A stretch of 42,749 nucleotides of DNA, from contig NC_057752.1 of NCBI RefSeq assembly GCF_004010195.1, positions 1,867,976 through 1,910,724 on the forward strand, written 5' to 3'. The notes under the pieces are model-generated. The model was not told where the DNA came from and did no database searches. It saw only the letters and a program-made list of their open reading frames with translations. The number at the start of each line of letters is the position of its first letter. Position 1 is the first letter of the stretch. The stretch is from Chiloscyllium plagiosum. Its lineage: Eukaryota. Shown piece after piece: positions 42,655 through 42,749 of the stretch. The translations under genes and the position numbers were made by a program.

Positions 42655-42749
42655 CTCTCTCTCTCTCTCTCCCCCATCCCTCCCCCTCTCTGTCCACCTC
42701 CCCCCTGTCTGTCTCTCTCACTCCTCTCTCTCTCTCCTCCACCTCTCTC
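42655..42749. repeat. CT-rich low-complexity tract
   Basis: Seen directly at the right edge of the window. Confidence 0.85.

Noticed and set aside
1..42749. A novel multi-gene system (prokaryotic, phage or viral operon)
   Set aside because: No intact non-repeat genes or operon structure; the content is explained by vertebrate TEs, simple repeats and unique non-coding DNA.

Overview
Repeat-rich vertebrate genomic DNA, almost certainly from an elasmobranch (shark). This rests on HE1-type V-SINEs, Deu-domain SINE remnants, abundant CR1 LINE fragments, L2 and Penelope-like elements. I find no host protein-coding gene, rRNA, intact tRNA or CRISPR array that I can support, so the window looks intergenic or deep-intronic. 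Most ORFs in the track are broken CR1/L2/Penelope frames, their antisense shadows, or products of simple repeats. The most interesting structures are: (1) short Penelope-derived elements carrying minimal hammerhead-ribozyme cores, including a nearly intact 133-bp copy with a 14-bp target-site duplication at 39853-39985; (2) a 3.1-kb perfectly homogeneous 30-bp G-quadruplex-forming minisatellite (about 103 units, stop-free in all six frames) that appears to have expanded inside an old inverted-repeat (MITE-like) element; (3) several nested insertions with readable TSDs, a 600-bp foldback element, a local 201-bp duplication, and candidate CTCF and RFX sites. I do not see evidence for a new multi-gene system. 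Family names come from my recognition of the sequences, not from a database search, and TE boundaries are approximate.
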